Positions 61,896 to 64,000 of a stretch of DNA of 64,000 nucleotides are shown here, in pieces. Positions within the stretch are counted from its first letter, which is position 1. Every line of letters starts with the position of its first letter. The notes beneath the pieces are model-generated. The model was not told where the DNA came from. It worked only from the letters and a program-made list of their open reading frames with translations, and made no database searches. The stretch covers positions 25,153 to 89,152 of the forward strand of contig JAEELI010000002.1 of the NCBI GenBank assembly GCA_016288795.1, written 5' to 3'. The translations under genes were made by a program, and so were the position numbers. The DNA comes from Bacillales bacterium. Lineage in GTDB: Bacteria; Bacillota_I; Bacilli_A; RF39; UBA660.

Positions 61896-62672
61896 TCAAT
61901 CTCTTTCTTCTTTTATAAGGTCGCTTAAGAAGACTATATTCAAATCCTGATAATATATTTGCCTAAGCATAATTTTATAATCTGACAATTTAACTCCATC
62001 ATCTATACATATAATTGATCCCTTTTCAATGCTACTTTTTACTACAGCCAAATTAGAAGTAGTTAATTCAATTCCACATGTAAATAAATATTTCTCATCT
62101 TTTAAACATTTATCTCTTAAACCACTATCAATAAAGCATAACTCTTTGTTTAAGCCATAGGTTTTAAGAAGCGTTTCTACTTGAGAATAATTTTCAAAAT
62201 CATTATTAATTTGTTCACATTTAGTCTCCTTTTGAAAATTATTCTCTACAATTAATCTATCTATCTTAATATTCTTTTCTTCAGAATAATTTAATACATC
62301 TATATTATTTTTAACAACTATAGCAACACTATTTTTATTTTTTATACCAGCTTTAATTACTTTATCTTTATTATTTTCTAAACTTAAACTAGGTTTAATA
62401 ATGTCATATTCTAAATAAGAAGAATTAAATGCATTAATATATCGCATATTATCATAACTATTTAAAACATTTACAGCATAGCCATTTAAACCAGGAATTA
62501 TGTATTCAGAATCAATAATGGCACTGATGGGAGATATTTCGTAAAACCCGCTCTTTTGATTTATTTCTTTAACTAAAGCACTTCTTTCCATTACAACATT
62601 ACTTAATCTCTCGGTCCAATAAAAACAGAACACAAAAATAGAGGCAATACCCAAATATTTAAAGAACTTCAT
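61896..62672 (-). CDS. YlxY-like sporulation polysaccharide-deacetylase-related protein (degenerate)
   Basis: N-terminal TM; IPGLNG..VN...SY..M motif; catalytic motifs not recognisable. Confidence 0.55.
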   Translation of the reverse strand: MKFFKYLGIASIFVFCFYWTERLSNVVMERSALVKEINQKSGFYEISPISAIIDSEYIIPGLNGYAVNVLNSYDNMRYINAFNSSYLEYDIIKPSLSLENNKDKVIKAGIKNKNSVAIVVKNNIDVLNYSEEKNIKIDRLIVENNFQKETKCEQINNDFENYSQVETLLKTYGLNKELCFIDSGLRDKCLKDEKYLFTCGIELTTSNLAVVKSSIEKGSIICIDDGVKLSDYKIMLRQIYYQDLNIVFLSDLIKEERD

Positions 62673-62711
62673 ATTATCTCCTTACTTAATTATAATAATT
62701 AAAAAAGCGAA

Positions 62712-63086
62712 TTATTCATCCGCTTTAGCATTTCTATCCTCACTATCATTTACTACTTCTTGTTTTTTATTAGTTGATAAGAATGTTACTCTTTCGGCAA
62801 CTACATCAACTATATAATGAGTCTTTTTATTCTCATCTTCATATTTACTTGATTGTAGTCTTCCCTTTATGCCTATAACATCGCCAACACGACAATACTC
62901 TGTTGTTGAAGAAGCTATATTATTCCATAAAATACACCTTATAAAATCAGTATCATATAATCCATCGGCATTTTTAAAATTACGATTGACTGCTAAAAGA
63001 ACACTTGTAACTTTTTTATTTCCTTCAATTTCTATTATTTCTGGATTGCTAGTTAATCTACCAACTAATATAACATTATTCACCAT
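62712..63086 (-). CDS. ssb: Single-stranded DNA-binding protein, short SsbB-like
   Basis: NNVILVGRLT, LAVNR, TDFI, GRLQ; lacks the DLPF tail. Confidence 0.9.
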   Translation of the reverse strand: MVNNVILVGRLTSNPEIIEIEGNKKVTSVLLAVNRNFKNADGLYDTDFIRCILWNNIASSTTEYCRVGDVIGIKGRLQSSKYEDENKKTHYIVDVVAERVTFLSTNKKQEVVNDSEDRNAKADE

Positions 63087-63229
63087 GAAACCTCCTTTCA
63101 TGATAAAAATATCATATATAATTAATAACACCTAATTACCAATTTTTAGAATTTTAGTTATAAAAAGTGATTCGTTATTATACAAATTAAACAAAAAATA
63201 ATTACCAAACTTAATAAGTTTGGTAATTA

Positions 63230-64000
63230 TTAATCTTTTATTAATCTATTTAATTCTACAGCGTATTCCATTGGCAATTCCTTTTTAAAATCAGAGATAA
63301 AGCCCATGACAATTAGTTCCTTGGCTTTATCTTCGCTCAATCCTTTACTCATTAAATATTGAAGTTTCTCTTCACTTACTTTTGATATAGTAGCTTCATG
63401 TTCTATAATAGAAGAATTGTTTTCAATTATATTTTTGGGAAATGTTGAGCTAGAAGAAATATCATCCAAAATTAGTGTATCACATTTAACCTGAGCTTTG
63501 CTATGCAAAGCACCGCTAGTTATTCTAACTAATCCCCTATAGTTGCTTATTCCTCCTAAAGCAGCAATACTCTTGCTAACAATATTGCTTTTAGTTCCTT
63601 TACCTAAGTGAATCATTTTAGCACCGGCATCTAAAGATTGGTTATTTTTAGCATAAGCAATAGATAAACTATTACCCTTAGAATAATCTCCTTTTAAAAT
63701 GCAACTAGGATATTTCATAGTTACATTAGAACCTATATTTCCATCTATCCATTCCATTTGGCCATAATCATCGACTATAGCTCTTTTTGTAACCAAATTA
63801 TAGACATCAGTTGACCAATTTTGAATTGTAGAATATCTACATTTAGCATGCTTTCCTACGTAAATTTCTACTACTCCAGCATGCAAACTAGACTTAGAAT
63901 AGCTTTTGGCAGTACAACCTTCAATATACTCTAATTCGGAATAATCATCGACGATGATAATTGTTCTTTCGAATTGGCCTAAGGCTTCTGAGTCAATGCG
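63230..64000 (-). CDS. sufB: Fe-S cluster assembly protein SufB (5' part outside window)
   Basis: GQFERT, EGCTA, LHAGVVE, YSTIQNW, HEATISK, ELPMEYAVE. Confidence 0.95.
   Translation of the reverse strand, partial: RIDSEALGQFERTIIIVDDYSELEYIEGCTAKSYSKSSLHAGVVEIYVGKHAKCRYSTIQNWSTDVYNLVTKRAIVDDYGQMEWIDGNIGSNVTMKYPSCILKGDYSKGNSLSIAYAKNNQSLDAGAKMIHLGKGTKSNIVSKSIAALGGISNYRGLVRITSGALHSKAQVKCDTLILDDISSSSTFPKNIIENNSSIIEHEATISKVSEEKLQYLMSKGLSEDKAKELIVMGFISDFKKELPMEYAVELNRLIKD

Noticed and set aside
1023-63135. Many short antisense or overlapping ORFs in the track (e.g. 1336-1590, 9713-10009, 12633-12941, 24871-25218, 37677-38030, 40458-40769, 58215-58427)
   Set aside because: They lie opposite or inside well-supported genes or tRNAs, with no RBS or motifs; 9713-10009 is the antisense shadow of rpmG
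1-64000. Known alternative codes (UGA=Trp; CGG=Trp as in some uncultured Bacilli)
   Set aside because: TGA acts as a stop (e.g. rlmD), conserved genes are uninterrupted under code 11, and the two CGG codons inspected are compatible with Arg

Overview
A 64-kb, very AT-rich chromosomal segment of a low-GC Bacilli-like bacterium. Gene content and style suggest an uncultured RF39-type lineage, which is an inference. Most genes lie on the minus strand. Housekeeping genes include ackA, efp, rpmG, nfo, der, engB, glmS, ftsY-ylxM-ffh, two RNase J genes, rny, recA, dnaB-dnaI, leuS with a T-box, trpS, murE, plsC, ssb and sufB, plus tRNA-Gly, tRNA-His and tRNA-Asn. Interleaved with them are: (i) sporulation/germination genes (a Ger A-C-B operon and a PBP, each with a sigG-like promoter); (ii) five type IV pilin-like genes, SipW/TasA-type proteins and a 1115-aa surface protein with a Hint (intein-like) domain; (iii) a small tRNA-Gly-targeted insertion bounded by a 158-bp direct repeat; and (iv) an uncharacterised operon of one intact and one degenerate metallophosphoesterase behind a leader-peptide attenuator, next to a HAD nucleotidase, a stand-alone Clp-type AAA+ domain and a CFI-box protein. 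Also notable are a candidate structured ncRNA under a perfect 32-bp palindrome and a recurrent Phe/Tyr-to-Trp (often Trp-Thr) pattern in conserved proteins. No CRISPR array, rRNA, integrase or transposase was seen. All family calls come from motif recognition by eye; no database search was run.
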